Shown here: piece after piece, positions 52,120 to 64,000 of the stretch
How positions within the stretch are numbered: position 1 is the first letter of the stretch
How the letters are laid out: each line of letters opens with the position of its first letter
Assembly (NCBI RefSeq): GCF_963921235.1
Contig: NC_086118.1
Span: 29,576,001 to 29,640,000 of the forward strand
DNA from: Mobula hypostoma
Lineage: Eukaryota
Direction of reading: 5' to 3'
DNA length: 64,000 bases
Program-made: the position numbers and the translations under genes
Notes under the pieces: model-generated
What the model was told of the DNA's origin: nothing
Database searches by the model: none
Seen by the model: the letters and a program-made list of their open reading frames with translations, nothing else

Positions 52120-53118
52120 GTAAATTGCTAGAGGTGTATAAGATTATGAGAGGCAGAGACAGAGTGGACAGCCAGCATCTTTCTTCTCCTGAGCAGCAAT
52201 GGCCAATACCAGAGGACATCTGATTAAGAAAAGGGTAGGGTAGTTAAGAAAGCTTATGGGGTGTTAGCTTTCATAAGTCGAGGGATAGAGTTTAAGAGTC
52301 GCGGGGTAACAATACAGCTCTATAAAACTCTGGTTAGGCCACACTTGGGAGTACTGTGTCCATTTCTGGTCAACTCACTATAGGAAGGATGTGGAAGCAT
52401 TGGAAAGGGTACAGAGGAGATTTACCAGGATGCTGCCTGGTTTAGAGAGTATGTGTTATGATCAGAGATTAAGGGAGCGAGGGCTTTACTCTTTGGAGAG
52501 AAGGAGGATGAGAGGAGACATGATAGAGGTGTACAAGATAATAAGAGGAAGAGATAGAGTGGATAGCCAGCGCCTCTTCCCCAGGGTACCACTGCTCAAT
52601 ACAAGAGGACATGGCTTTAGGGTAAGGGGTGGGAAGTTCAAGGGGGATATTAGAGGAAGGTTTTATACTCAGAGAGTGGTTGGTGCGTGGAATGCACTGC
52701 CTGAGTCAGTGGTGGAGGCAGATACACTAGTGAAGTTTAAGAGACTACTAGACAGGTATATAGAGGACTTTAAGGTGGGGGCTTATATGGGAGGCAGGGT
52801 TTGAGGGTCGACACAACACTGTGGGCCCAAGAGCCTGTACTGTACTGTACTATTCTATGTTCTATGAAAGCATAGGGGAGATATCAGAGGTAGTTAGTCT
52901 TTTACACAGAAAGTGATAGATTCCTGAGGATGGTGATAAAGGCTGATACAATAGGAACATTTAAAAGACTCCTTTTAATGGATATGGATATAAAAACATG
53001 GAGAGCTATGGACTGTATAGGAGGAAAGAGTTAAGCTTTATCATGCAGTGGCATCATATAGGTCAGCACAATGTTGTGGGCCAAAGGGCCCATATTGTGC
53101 TGTATTGTTCTATGTTCT
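52120..53118 (+). mobile_element. Young CR1 3' fragment (~52235-52866) nested in an older CR1 3' fragment
   Basis: ORF 52391..52804 LERVQRRFTRMLPGL...WNALPESVVEA; (TTCTATG)n tail. Confidence 0.88.
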
Positions 53119-53503
53119 GAAGTAATTATACAAGAAGCTATAAGTAGGCATTACCAGGAGTACCAGACTTCCTCTGAAGAAGAACATTTTGGACTATAAA
53201 GAAATAGTATTAGTGAAGCAAACAGTGTACCTGTATTAACAAATCACTCCTACATAACAACAACATACTAACCAAATCAGAGAAAGGGTTGACTTGGACA
53301 GGTATAAAATCAGCTATTCTGCTTGTAGTTATATTAAAAAGTTTAAATCATTCCACTATAATTTGAAAAAGTAATTATAAGAGAGACATCTACATATTTT
53401 ACAATGATGTTAAAAGGTTAAAACAACATAAAACTAAATAATGTAAATAATCACGTCAAACAGATTTGATACTTTTTGCACTTTCATGTCTAGGTTATAC
53501 CTA

Positions 53504-53692
<189 letters not shown>

Positions 53693-55260
53693 CTAGTAGT
53701 ACAATAGAGAGGATATTCCAGCTTCAAACCATGTTGCTTAATGCAATTATACTGTTTTTTTTTAAATAAATAAATACTGATGAAATACACAATTTTAATT
53801 TGTAGAGTACTTCTAAATATGATTGAATTTTCATACAATGGAAGAGTTCTTTGCTCCAAACAGCAGTAACACTGTTACAATACAAATGATATTTTGCAAT
53901 AACAATAGTACAAATAAATCTTAAAAGATTCTTTATTTCTATTAGCTACATGAATGATTATAAGGTGTGATTAAGTAAAATATTTGAAGTTTCAAAAGAG
54001 TCCGTCAGTTAACTGAAGTAGGACTAATAAACTCCAAGTTGCAGAAACCAATGTACTAGATTAAAAGAGGTTAGATTGTAACAGATTAGACTGAGTAAAT
54101 CCAACTAAGAAAAAATTAGTTACTGTATCTACTGTGAATTTATTGAAAAACACATGTTATCATTGGGTCTCCTCAAACTCTGAATATGATAGAATTGGGT
54201 TATTACTGATAAATTATCAAAAGGCAGCAAATAATTTAAAACTTTTTTGACATCGAACTGAGCAGTAGCAGATCAGTCAACTGGTGCTAAAACTGGCTCT
54301 ACTGATAATTTTCAGCAAACAGAAGTCCATTGCTTTCCCTCATTCTTAATCAGAAATAGTCAAATGAAAATGAAGAAGTTACTCAAAAGAAGCAACTATT
54401 AATATTTTACATTCAACCTCTTAATTTTACAGTTAATATCAATGGAATAACAGTATTTCTTCACATTAGAATAGCATTATTTTTGCAATATTAACATTAC
54501 TCACAATTTCAATTTAACATGTTAGAGACTTGTTAGCCAAAATTACAAGTAGCCCAATGGTCAAGTGGTTTATTAATTTTTCTATACTTTATTTGTTTTA
54601 TGAAACTGTTCCCTACCAGAGTAAATAACATTTATAAACGGACTGATTTATAATTTATGGTATTATAAAGCAAGTGAAATTTACAAAAATTAAATGAACC
54701 TTCAACCTTTAGGCTGGTAGTAGATCAAGATAAATGTGCATATTTTTACTGATGTTAGTTATCAAAGATATACCAGTAGATCTTTGAAAGAAAACAATTT
54801 AATTAACCAAATTCAATTTTTTGACTCTTAAATGTGCTGACTTCCTATTCTCTTATTCTAACTCAATATATTTATTGCCTCAGGCATTTTCTTAACCACT
54901 AGAGAAGGGATAATGCGCATGCAAAAATAAGCTGCTGATCTAGTGGCACCATGTGTATACTGTGCAATCCTCACCATGACTGATAGAATTCTGTGGGCAT
55001 ACACAGCATGTGCAATATTTAACACTAAGTGTGGAAGAAAATCAGTGTATTAAAGAATGACACTGAAAAATCAGATGTTAGAATGAATTATGATCTCATG
55101 TCGCTTTTCCTATCCTGAACTTCAAGTTAAAGGAACGTTAATTCTTCTGATCCACCTCCCCCCACCCACCCACATTTATTCCGTTTATTATCCATCTTCG
55201 GAAGATAAAGTTGCTGACACTCCAATTTTATTTTACATTGATTTGATTTGAAATATTTTA

Positions 55261-55428
<168 letters not shown>

Positions 55429-57651
55429 TTAGAGATAAATCATCATGCAACAATGATATCACAGTCCTCTTGTGGTAGTTATTAATTTGTTCTAAGTCAA
55501 AATGCAATAAAATAATAATCTTAAATTTTATTTAGGTCTCCAGAAATTACAAGACTTAAGCAATCTCCAGAAAGAGGAGACTGAAAGCAAATTTCGAACA
55601 CCACTAAGAAGAATGCAAGCCCTATTTGTGAGTGTAACAAATTAAGTAAAATGTGCATTTTTCTAGAATCAACATGTTCTTACATAAATTTTAATGCAGT
55701 GTTGCTGCTGACCATGCAGACTCAAGAGACAGATGGAGTAATTTAACACCAAAATAAAGAGAACACTGATAATTTTGGCATAAATATAAAGATATATTTA
55801 AATTTCTTCCTCATGGTATTAGGAAAGAAACAGATTTGCAAGGAGAAACAGAGACATAAGGGTTTAAGAAAATGTAATCCCTTGAACCAATTCTATCAGT
55901 GATCTTGATTAATCTGTGTCACACACTCACCTTAGGTATTAACACCATTAGTGAAGAAAGAACTATCAATCACAAAATTAAAATTCACATTTAACCTTGC
56001 ATCAATTACCATTAAGCAGCAGTGGGTTCTATATTTCGATCATTTTCTGCTTTCACTCCTGAAAAGCCAGCCCCTGAATTTTAGATTTGACTCTTACACT
56101 TTCTTCATTGTGGCAAATTAACACTGCACTTACATAGTGCCCTACAGATATCCCTACCACACCCATGTATAGCTGGAACATAACTTGCTTCTTGCATAAA
56201 GATAACATTCACTTAGCTTTTTAATCATTTTCTGCAAAATTCCCAATAATGTGTTCACAGATGCCCAAGACTCTGGAACCTCACACTGAGATTTGTTTCA
56301 TTCAAAACAAATAATTTCATATGTCTGAAATTAAATTTATTTACTTTTCTTATTCAGTAAATTCTGCAATTTAATGATTCTTATCTACCCCCTTGGGTCT
56401 TCAATTTTTCCAAATATGGTTTCTATCCTCAGAGTCTGAGTGGTTCAAAAGGGCAGCTCACCACGATCTTTTCAAGGACATTTAGGGATAGGCAATTAAG
56501 CGCTGGCTCAGTCTGCGAAGCCAAATCCCTCGAATGAAGGAAAAAAAACACCACCTAAGTAATTTATAAATGCAAGGTGTAATTGGGACACCATCCATGC
56601 AAATCCTGTGGGAGCTTGCTAGTCACGAGACAATACCAGTGCCTGCCCATTAATCCCGATATCCGTATCAACTAAATTTCTAGCCAGATCAATAATGCCT
56701 TTCCTATCCACAAACTTTAACTTCAGGTCTCCTAGGGACCTTAGCACACATCCGTTAGAAATCTGTGTGACTAATATACATTGACAATCCACTCTCCACT
56801 ACATTACTCACCTGTTAAAAAAAATAAACCATTAAGCTCAAGATTGATCTACTCATTTACAAATGAAAACATTCAGGACATTTAGATACTCTTCTCATAG
56901 TTACAGTCTCATAATTTTCTAAGAGGCAGTGTTGATAAACTGGGCTTAACTGTGGTTTGTTTTTGTTATTGAAAAGGAAAAATGACTAGCACAATTTTCC
57001 AATCCAGAGAAACAGTTCTCAAGAGGAAAGAAATTTGGAAAATTATTTAGCAGTTTAGTAGCTCTCTCACCAACGCTCCAAAAATTGTTAGAATGGAAAT
57101 CATCTGGTCTTGAAGATCTGTCTCTTTAGTCTGAGTATTTTCATCTGCACTATCCTTGTCCCTTTTGATATTCAGAATGCTATTATCTTTTCTAAAACAT
57201 TAAACTAATTCAGTCATTCAATAGTAAGACAATTTTGTTTACATTTACAGTATCATAATGATCGATTTTCTACATGCAGCCAACCACGTTTCATTCTTTA
57301 ATACACACTGACTTTCATATCCCTTAAATTTATTTTCATAATATTCCAAAAAGTGATTTTCCTTCTTGGTAAGCTTCTGCTGCATTTTTCCTTGACTCAG
57401 GCTCCAGAATTTACAATAAAGTTTTGAACCATCTCACCTCTTTTTTAATCCATACATTTTAAAAAGTAGTATCACTGCATTCCATGGATACAGCTGGCTG
57501 TGTTGAAGCAAATGAATGCCTTCCTGGACATCTACACTTTTCCACTATGATTTCACCTACTTGCCTATTTTATTCTGGGCAATTATTCACATTACATAAA
57601 AGACAGCACTGTCCAAATCTAGAATCAGCACTGCATTTCTTCTTTTCAAAT

Positions 57652-57930
57652 GCCATAGTAGAGTAGCAGTTAGTGCGACACTATTACAGCTCGGGGCGTT
57701 GGAGCTCAGAGGTTAACTCTGCCATCATCTGCAAGGAGTTTCAACGTTCTCTCTGTAATCACATGGGTTGCCTCTGGGTGTTCCGGTTTCCTTTCACAGT
57801 CCAAAGACATATCAGTTAGTAGGTTAACTGTCCTGTGATTAGGCTAGTGTTAAATAGGTGGGTTACTGGGCGACACAGCTCGTTGGGCCAAGAGGGCCTG
57901 TTCTGCACCGTATCTCTAAATAAATAACAA
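57652..57930 (+). mobile_element. tRNA-derived SINE (V-SINE-like) with CR1-like tail
   Basis: GGGTGTTCCGGTTTCCTTTCACAGTCCAAAGACAT core; GGGCCAAGAGGGCCTGTT...TAAATAAATAA tail. Confidence 0.75.
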
Positions 57931-59091
57931 ACTTGATTGAATTTGTTAATCATCAAATAAAAGTACACGGACCATTGCCCCTCCCATGGCTCTCTGATAC
58001 CCCTTTCATTACCAAGGGGCTTCCCCACCCAGCTCGGCATCTCCACATGCAGTAGTGAAATGAGCCTATTCTGTGGTCCTTCTCCAGAGAGCCTCAGCAT
58101 TGTCTCCATCTGCAGCCTGAACTGAGCCAATCCGTAGTATTTCCTTGCAGAAATCTCGCTGTGCTGCAAAACCAACAAACTTCAGGCAGACCAAATTGCG
58201 TCCTGCACCAAGTTGATGACCTTCCAACAGTAATTGATGACTCTCTCGGTATGTATCCTCTCCAGTTTCCGGGGATGAAAGAAGAACATGGACTCATGCA
58301 TCCGCCTCCACATCCTCTTAGCAAATCTAGAGTCTGCAAAGAAGTGGATGACCTTTACTTCCCCACTGCAGGTGTCCCAGGGGCAGCATACATGAGGGTC
58401 TATAAAGTTCTGACTGGAAGGGCACCTCTCACCACCAGCCAAGCAAGGTCTTGGTGTTTATTGGTTAACTGTGACAATGAGGCATTCTGCCATGTGGTTA
58501 GGACCACTTACTCAGAAAACAGACACACAGAATCCAGTGTCCCTGTCTCATAGAGTCTGTAGTACATTCTGTGCTAACCGTTATCTGATGGGTTGTGTTG
58601 CCCTTAAGGGATTTAACTTTATTAAATTTCCACTTTAAAAAATTTGTTTGTAACTATTTTCTAGTTAAGGTCAAAGGTTGATAACTACGTTACAGTTCAA
58701 CAAAAGGTAAAATTTATTGTCTATAGTATATAGTGGCATGTAATGATGTCACTTCTGGTTTCGCCGCATCTTATCAGTAACTTCCGGTTCATAGAAAACA
58801 ACGGAAGCGAGGCTCACACGTGCAGCATGATTGTGAAAGACTCCATTTCTATCCACAAAGAAACATTATAGAGGCAATGCCGTAAGTTCATATGATAGCA
58901 GACATGTTGAAGTAAATATGTTAACTCCGATTCTGTTAAAAGAAACGATGGTTGATGAGGTTTTATTTACAAGTATTTACAATGCAAATATGGTGTCGAG
59001 AATGAAACAGACACCAAATATGTTTTGTATTATTTTATCAAGTTTTCACCATATGATGTTAACGTGGAAGAGTGAACAGTAAACGGTTAAC

Positions 59092-59524
59092 GCAAACACG
59101 AGGAAATCTGCAGATGCTGGAATTTCAAGCAACACACATCAAAGTTGCTGGTGAATGGCTGCGTGTTTCCTCATGTTTGCATTTTTAAATTCACTACTGC
59201 GAAGCCTGTTCCGGTGAGGCCTACACTGAAGAAGTTCAAATCTCCTCTTCGACGTGAGTTCAGTGAAACTATCTCTCATTGATCCCCATCTGTAATTTCT
59301 TTGGCTCTTCAACTTTCGACCACATTTTGCCAGCTCTTGGCTCCATCCCTCCCCCTCTTGTCTTCTCCTATCATTTTGGATCTCCCCCTCCCCCTCTCAA
59401 ATCTCTTACTAGCTCTTCTTCCAGTTAGTCCTGACGACGGGCCTCGGCCCGAAACGTCGACTGTACCTCTTCCAATAGACGCTGCCTGGCCTGCTGCGTT
59501 CACCAGCAACTTTGATGTGTGTTG
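59092..59524. mobile_element. Penelope-type insertion with inverted ends and 15-bp TSD
   Basis: TSD CAGTAAACGGTTAAC at 59077-59091 and 59525-59539; GCAACACACATCAAAGTTGCTGGTGAA (59129-59155) inverted at 59499-59525. Confidence 0.85.
59427..59462 (+). ncRNA. Minimal type-I hammerhead ribozyme motif (Penelope-associated)
   Basis: Helix I AGUC/GACU; core CUGACGA; helix II GGGC-CUCG-GCCC; GAAAC-GUC, predicted cleavage after C59458. Confidence 0.75.
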
Positions 59525-61029
59525 CAGTAAACGGTTAACCTTACTACAACTCTTGTCTTCATTGGCTCTGGTTTAACTTGGTTTCAACACACTGCACGAG
59601 AACACTACAAAGCTGTTTACTTGGATTAACTGATCCACAAAGGATCTGCGGTGCAGCGGCATCCAGTTGGTTGGGGTATTGCATGCTAGAGGAGCCAGGT
59701 CTATCTTCTCCAACACCAGGGGCAGGTAGAACCTCAGGACAGTGTTGCCCACATACTTCAGGTATACACACTGACTGATACAACCACACATGAAGGAGAT
59801 CATCAGGATAAGAGTAATGTGTGATACACTTTTGCCCCAATCCTTAGGGGACTTTTGCATTGTGGCCTATCAGGCTCAGTCCACCTCGGACTTCCCAGAA
59901 AAACTGGAAAGAGTTCTGGTTATTACCAAAGCAGAGGAGAAAGGAACAGGCCACACCTGTGCCCAAGTACAGCAGCCCTGAGAGTATATCAAACCTTATG
60001 AACAATTTCTTTCCAGTTATTAACAGAGAATGCCATTTCCACAATCCCAATTTTTGTTTTACTTTCTCAATCTACTCCAGACAATTTTTGTTACATGCCT
60101 CAGCCCCTCCAAGTCAGATCCCTCTGGTAGTAGAGGCTGATGGTGAAAGGGTCATTGGATTGGTTGGGGCAATTACTAAAGAACATGACCTTACTCTTTG
60201 TGCAGTTGACTCTGGCCCTGTATGCCAACTTGAAAAGGTTATAAATGTTGAACAATCTGCAAAGTGACTGTGGATCCAGGCAGAAGATAGCGACTCCATC
60301 CATGTACAGGAAGGTCTTGACTTGTATGTCTTCAATGCAAAGCCATAAATTTCCTGATGGATTCGGCAAAGAGTTCTATGCAGCATACAAATATGACAGG
60401 GTAGAGAGGACAATCCAACCTGATTCCAGACTTGATGAGGAAAATGTCTCCCACCCATTAATTTGAACTACACCACAGATTCCCTCCCAAAACCCATCAA
60501 GTATAGTATGTGTGTGATATCCTATTGATGACCTTCTGTTGGCCCAAACTGACCAAGTAGGCATCTACCCCTCTATGCTACATAGGTAAGGGTATCCCTG
60601 AGTACAGTAAGACTGGCAACAGATTTTGCTGCCTGGTACAGCACTGGTTTAGTTTGGGTAGATTGCCTGTCCTAGAACAGATTTCATCTGGTTGATATTG
60701 ATCTTGGAGAGCATCGTATAGTCCATATTCAACAGTGAAACGGGTCTCCAGTTCCTGACGTCTTCCCTCTCCCCTCCTGCTTAAAGGAATTTCATTTTTA
60801 ATCTCTGAGGCTACACCTTCCCCTAGCTTTCCTACAACTATGCAAAGATCATGGTCCAGATCATCTTATGGTAATACCATCTTGTGAACATAAGCTGGGA
60901 CTTGGAGCAAAAGGCATGAGAGTTTGAAAGAGATAGGTTCTAGAAATTTGTGATGAGTTTCACTGAACAGGAACCTAAAAGAGGCACATCTGCAACTTGT
61001 TAAGTTAATAGTTGAATGGCTAATTTATC

Positions 61030-63490
61030 TGATTAACAGCAGCCAATAAAAAGAAGAAAAAGGAGAAAAAGAAGTGGCTATTTTGGAGCAGTCATGTGGA
61101 AGTGGGTCAGTGTAAGAGTGAGGAGCTGAGGTTTTGACTCAAGGGCTTTGGTACGATGAGGTGGAGTAAGTGGCCCAGGTGTGGGGAGTGAGTGCAGCTC
61201 CAAAAAAATGCTTTAGTGAGAAAGCACAGGTAAGAACTCATAAAATTTTATTTGTTTCTGATCCTTAGTCCTTTGGGGCAGTGAAATGCTCTTCCAGCAA
61301 GATATAGGAAGTCAGGGAATATCATTGTCTCCCTGATGACCTCATCTATGTGAAGTACATCCAACTGCAGCCTCTAACAGGCCAGATCAAGCATCTGGAG
61401 GCACAGGTCAATGTACTCAAGATCACTTAGGAAACCGAAAAGATCACAGACAACAATTTTAGTAATGTGGTCACACCCAAAGTACAGTCTTCAGATGGGT
61501 AACCAACAGAAGTAAGGGGAATAAGCAGTCAGTGCAGGGTTCCCCTGTAGCCATTCCCCTCACACTTTAGATTCTGTTGAGGGGTATGTTCTTTCAGGGG
61601 CTAGCAGTAATTATCAGGTCTCCAGCATTGCAATTGGCTCTGAGGCTCAGAGTGAAATGTTAAGTCAGACAGAGTGATAGTGATACTAGACTTGATAGTG
61701 AGGGAAGCAAACAACACAGGCAAAACAAGGGATGATAACCTGCAGAATGAGTATAGGGAGTTAAGTAAGAAACTAAAATACAAGACCTTGAGCATACTAA
61801 TCTCTATACTACTCCCAGGCCACGTGAATCCAGGAATAGTAAGCTATGCCAGATAAATATGTGGCTGATGAGCAAGTGCAGGAGGCAGGGATTCAGGTTC
61901 TTGGATCACTGGAATCTCTTCTGTTGTAGAAGCAGCCTATACAAGGAGGACAGGTTGCACTTGAATCAGAGGGGAACCAATATTCTGTTGGGGAAATTTG
62001 CTTTTATCATCAGGGAAGGTTTAAACCAAATTAAAAATAGGATGGGACTCAAGAGCAAAGTCAATGAGAAGACAAGAATATGTGCAGCAACCAAAGTGTT
62101 AACCTGGCAATCCATATAACCATGCTTATAGTAAAAGGGTAGAGGGTACCACAGCTTTAAATCATATCTATTTCAATATCGCTTAACAGGCAAGGCAAAC
62201 AAGGAGTGGATTGTTTCTAGAGACTGGGATATAGTGACTACAACAAAAACATGAACGAGAAGGGCAGGATGACAGCTCAGTGTTCTTAGATACTGACCCT
62301 ATCGGTGTGACAGAGCAACAGGTGGATGGATGGGATGCTGCACTTTTAATAAGGGAGGACATAACAGCAGTGTGTAAGGAGGATATTCTTGAAGTATTAT
62401 CTAACAAGGCCAGTTGAGTAGAACTTAGAAAAGTGGCAGCTGGGGAACAAGCTATGGCCCAGTGACCACAATTCTTTCAGTTTTAAGATGGTTGTGAAAT
62501 AATGTAGAACAGGTCCCCAGGTTAAAGTCCTGAATTGGAGCAGGGCTAACTTTGGGAACATCAGGCAGGATCTAGCTGGAGTTCAACTGGCTGACTACTT
62601 AAAAGTAAAGGAATGGGTAGCAATTTGGGAGGCTTAAAAGGGTCATATATCCCTTTTAAGTTCCAGGCAGCCCAATTCTATTAGAGTGAGGGTAAACATA
62701 CAAAGTTCATGGAGCTCTGGCTGACAGGAGATAGAGGCTCTATTAAGGAAAAAGGAAGCATACATCACTTTTAAAGAGCTGGGTACAAATAAATCTCCTG
62801 ATGACTGTAAAAAGGTTAAGAGCAAGCTCAAGGGAAATCAGGAAGGCATAAAGAGGATACGAGATGGATTTGTTAGGCAAGATTAAAGGTAATCCCAAGA
62901 GAATCTGGTTATTAGTAGCAAAAAAGTTGATGAGGAAGAGACTACATCCTTTTAAAGACAATCTGGGTAGTTTACATGTGCAACTCCAAGAAATGGCTGA
63001 GATTTTCAATTTATTTTTCCTCCTGCATTTACCAAGAATATCATGCATGCCAAAAAATGAGGGAGAAATTCGTGAATCTTGGAGCATATGCATAGAATGA
63101 GGCTTTGATGTGCATTAAACTAGGCAAATCAATGCTAACCAAGTGCATTCCCAGAATTTATGGGAGGCCAAGGAAGAAATTGTGGATGTACCTGTAGAGA
63201 TAACTGCACTATCGTTGGCTACTGGTAAAGTTCTGAGAAACTGAAGGGTGTCTAACATTGTTTGATTGTTCAAGGATAGCAAGGGACAGGCCAGAGAATT
63301 ACTGGCCAGTGAGAATGACTTCAGTTATGAGAAAGTTACTGGAGAGAATTCTGAGAGATAAGATCTACCATCACTTGGACAGTCAAGAGCTAATCAGGAA
63401 TAGTCAACATGGTTTTGTGTGTGGGAGGTCATGTCTGAAGAATCTTTTGGAGTCCTTTGAAGAAGTGAATGTTGTCTATATGGCCTTCAT
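61030..63490 (+). mobile_element. Old CR1 LINE with ORF1 (esterase) and ORF2 remnants
   Basis: WLMSKCRRQGFRFLDHWNLF...LYKEDRLHLNQRGTNIL (ORF1); NYWPVRMTSVMRKLLE, QHGFVCGRSCL (ORF2). Confidence 0.85.
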
Positions 63491-64000
63491 ATTGTATGCC
63501 AAAATTTGTAAAGGCAGCAGTGCAGTGAAAGACAAAAGTTATAAGTTACTAAAAGAAATAGTGCAAAAGAAGAATAGCATGATAGTGTTTGTGGACCACT
63601 TAGAAATGTGATGGCAGAAGGGAAGATGGTGATCCTATAACATTGAGTGTGGATCTTGACGGTGTGTGTGTTGAGTGTGGTACAGGAGCTGTATTATGCT
63701 ACCTCAGTTATAGGTATGAATGCTGTAAAATGCAAGCTGAGTTTACACATGCAGGACTTGTAATCTATGCATTGTGTGATAAACCACACTAACTTAATTT
63801 AACGTATAAGGGAGAAAATTCCGAAGTTTAGGTCCTTGGTAAGTGAAGTGATATGACTAAACAAAAGTTAAAACAAACATCTTTAAGGAATTCAGAAAAA
63901 GGCTGAGGCCATGACAAGATTCAAAATAAGTGGTAACTTCATAAATTAAGGGGTTATTCAAGAGACAATACAAATCAGCTTTAATAACAGAACATAATTT

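Larger units (their letters stand above)
57970..60780 (-). mobile_element. Fragmented L1/Tx1-clade LINE ORF2 remnant (interrupted)
   Basis: Minus frame EDVRNWRPVSLLNMDYTMLSKI (~60700-60765) and LYMDGVAIF...RVNCTKSKVM (60100-60369). Confidence 0.65.

Noticed and set aside
52391..52804. Clean 137-aa ORF
   Set aside because: It is the C-terminus of CR1 ORF2 in a 5'-truncated copy.
58716..59076. Possible DNA-transposon end or promoter-like motifs (ACTTCCGG, CGGAAGCG)
   Set aside because: No matching second terminus or TSD found; insufficient support.

Overview
Vertebrate (eukaryotic) genomic DNA. The repeat landscape (dense CR1 LINEs, Penelope-type tails, V-SINE-like elements, Tc1/hAT fossils) suggests a cartilaginous fish such as a ray or shark; this is an inference. 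The only host gene I can support is SEC14L1 on the minus strand. It has 13 coding exons between 55407 and the stop at 31457, all with GT-AG junctions and consistent phase, giving 647 aa; roughly the first 71 codons were not found and probably lie beyond the window. The rest is intergenic or intronic and rich in mobile elements. Highlight 1: a decayed endogenous retrovirus-like provirus (~19.3-25.8 kb) with gag(CCHC remnant)-protease-RT-connection-RNase H-integrase. A Tc1 sits in its gag and a young 606-bp solo LTR splits its RNase H. Highlight 2: a family of short Penelope-type repeats carrying a minimal type-I hammerhead ribozyme motif. One copy (59427-59462) has an intact catalytic core, and several copies have 11-15 bp TSDs and inverted head-to-head structures, including a 56-bp hairpin in a SEC14L1 intron. 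Most ORFs in the six-frame track are spurious or transposon remnants.
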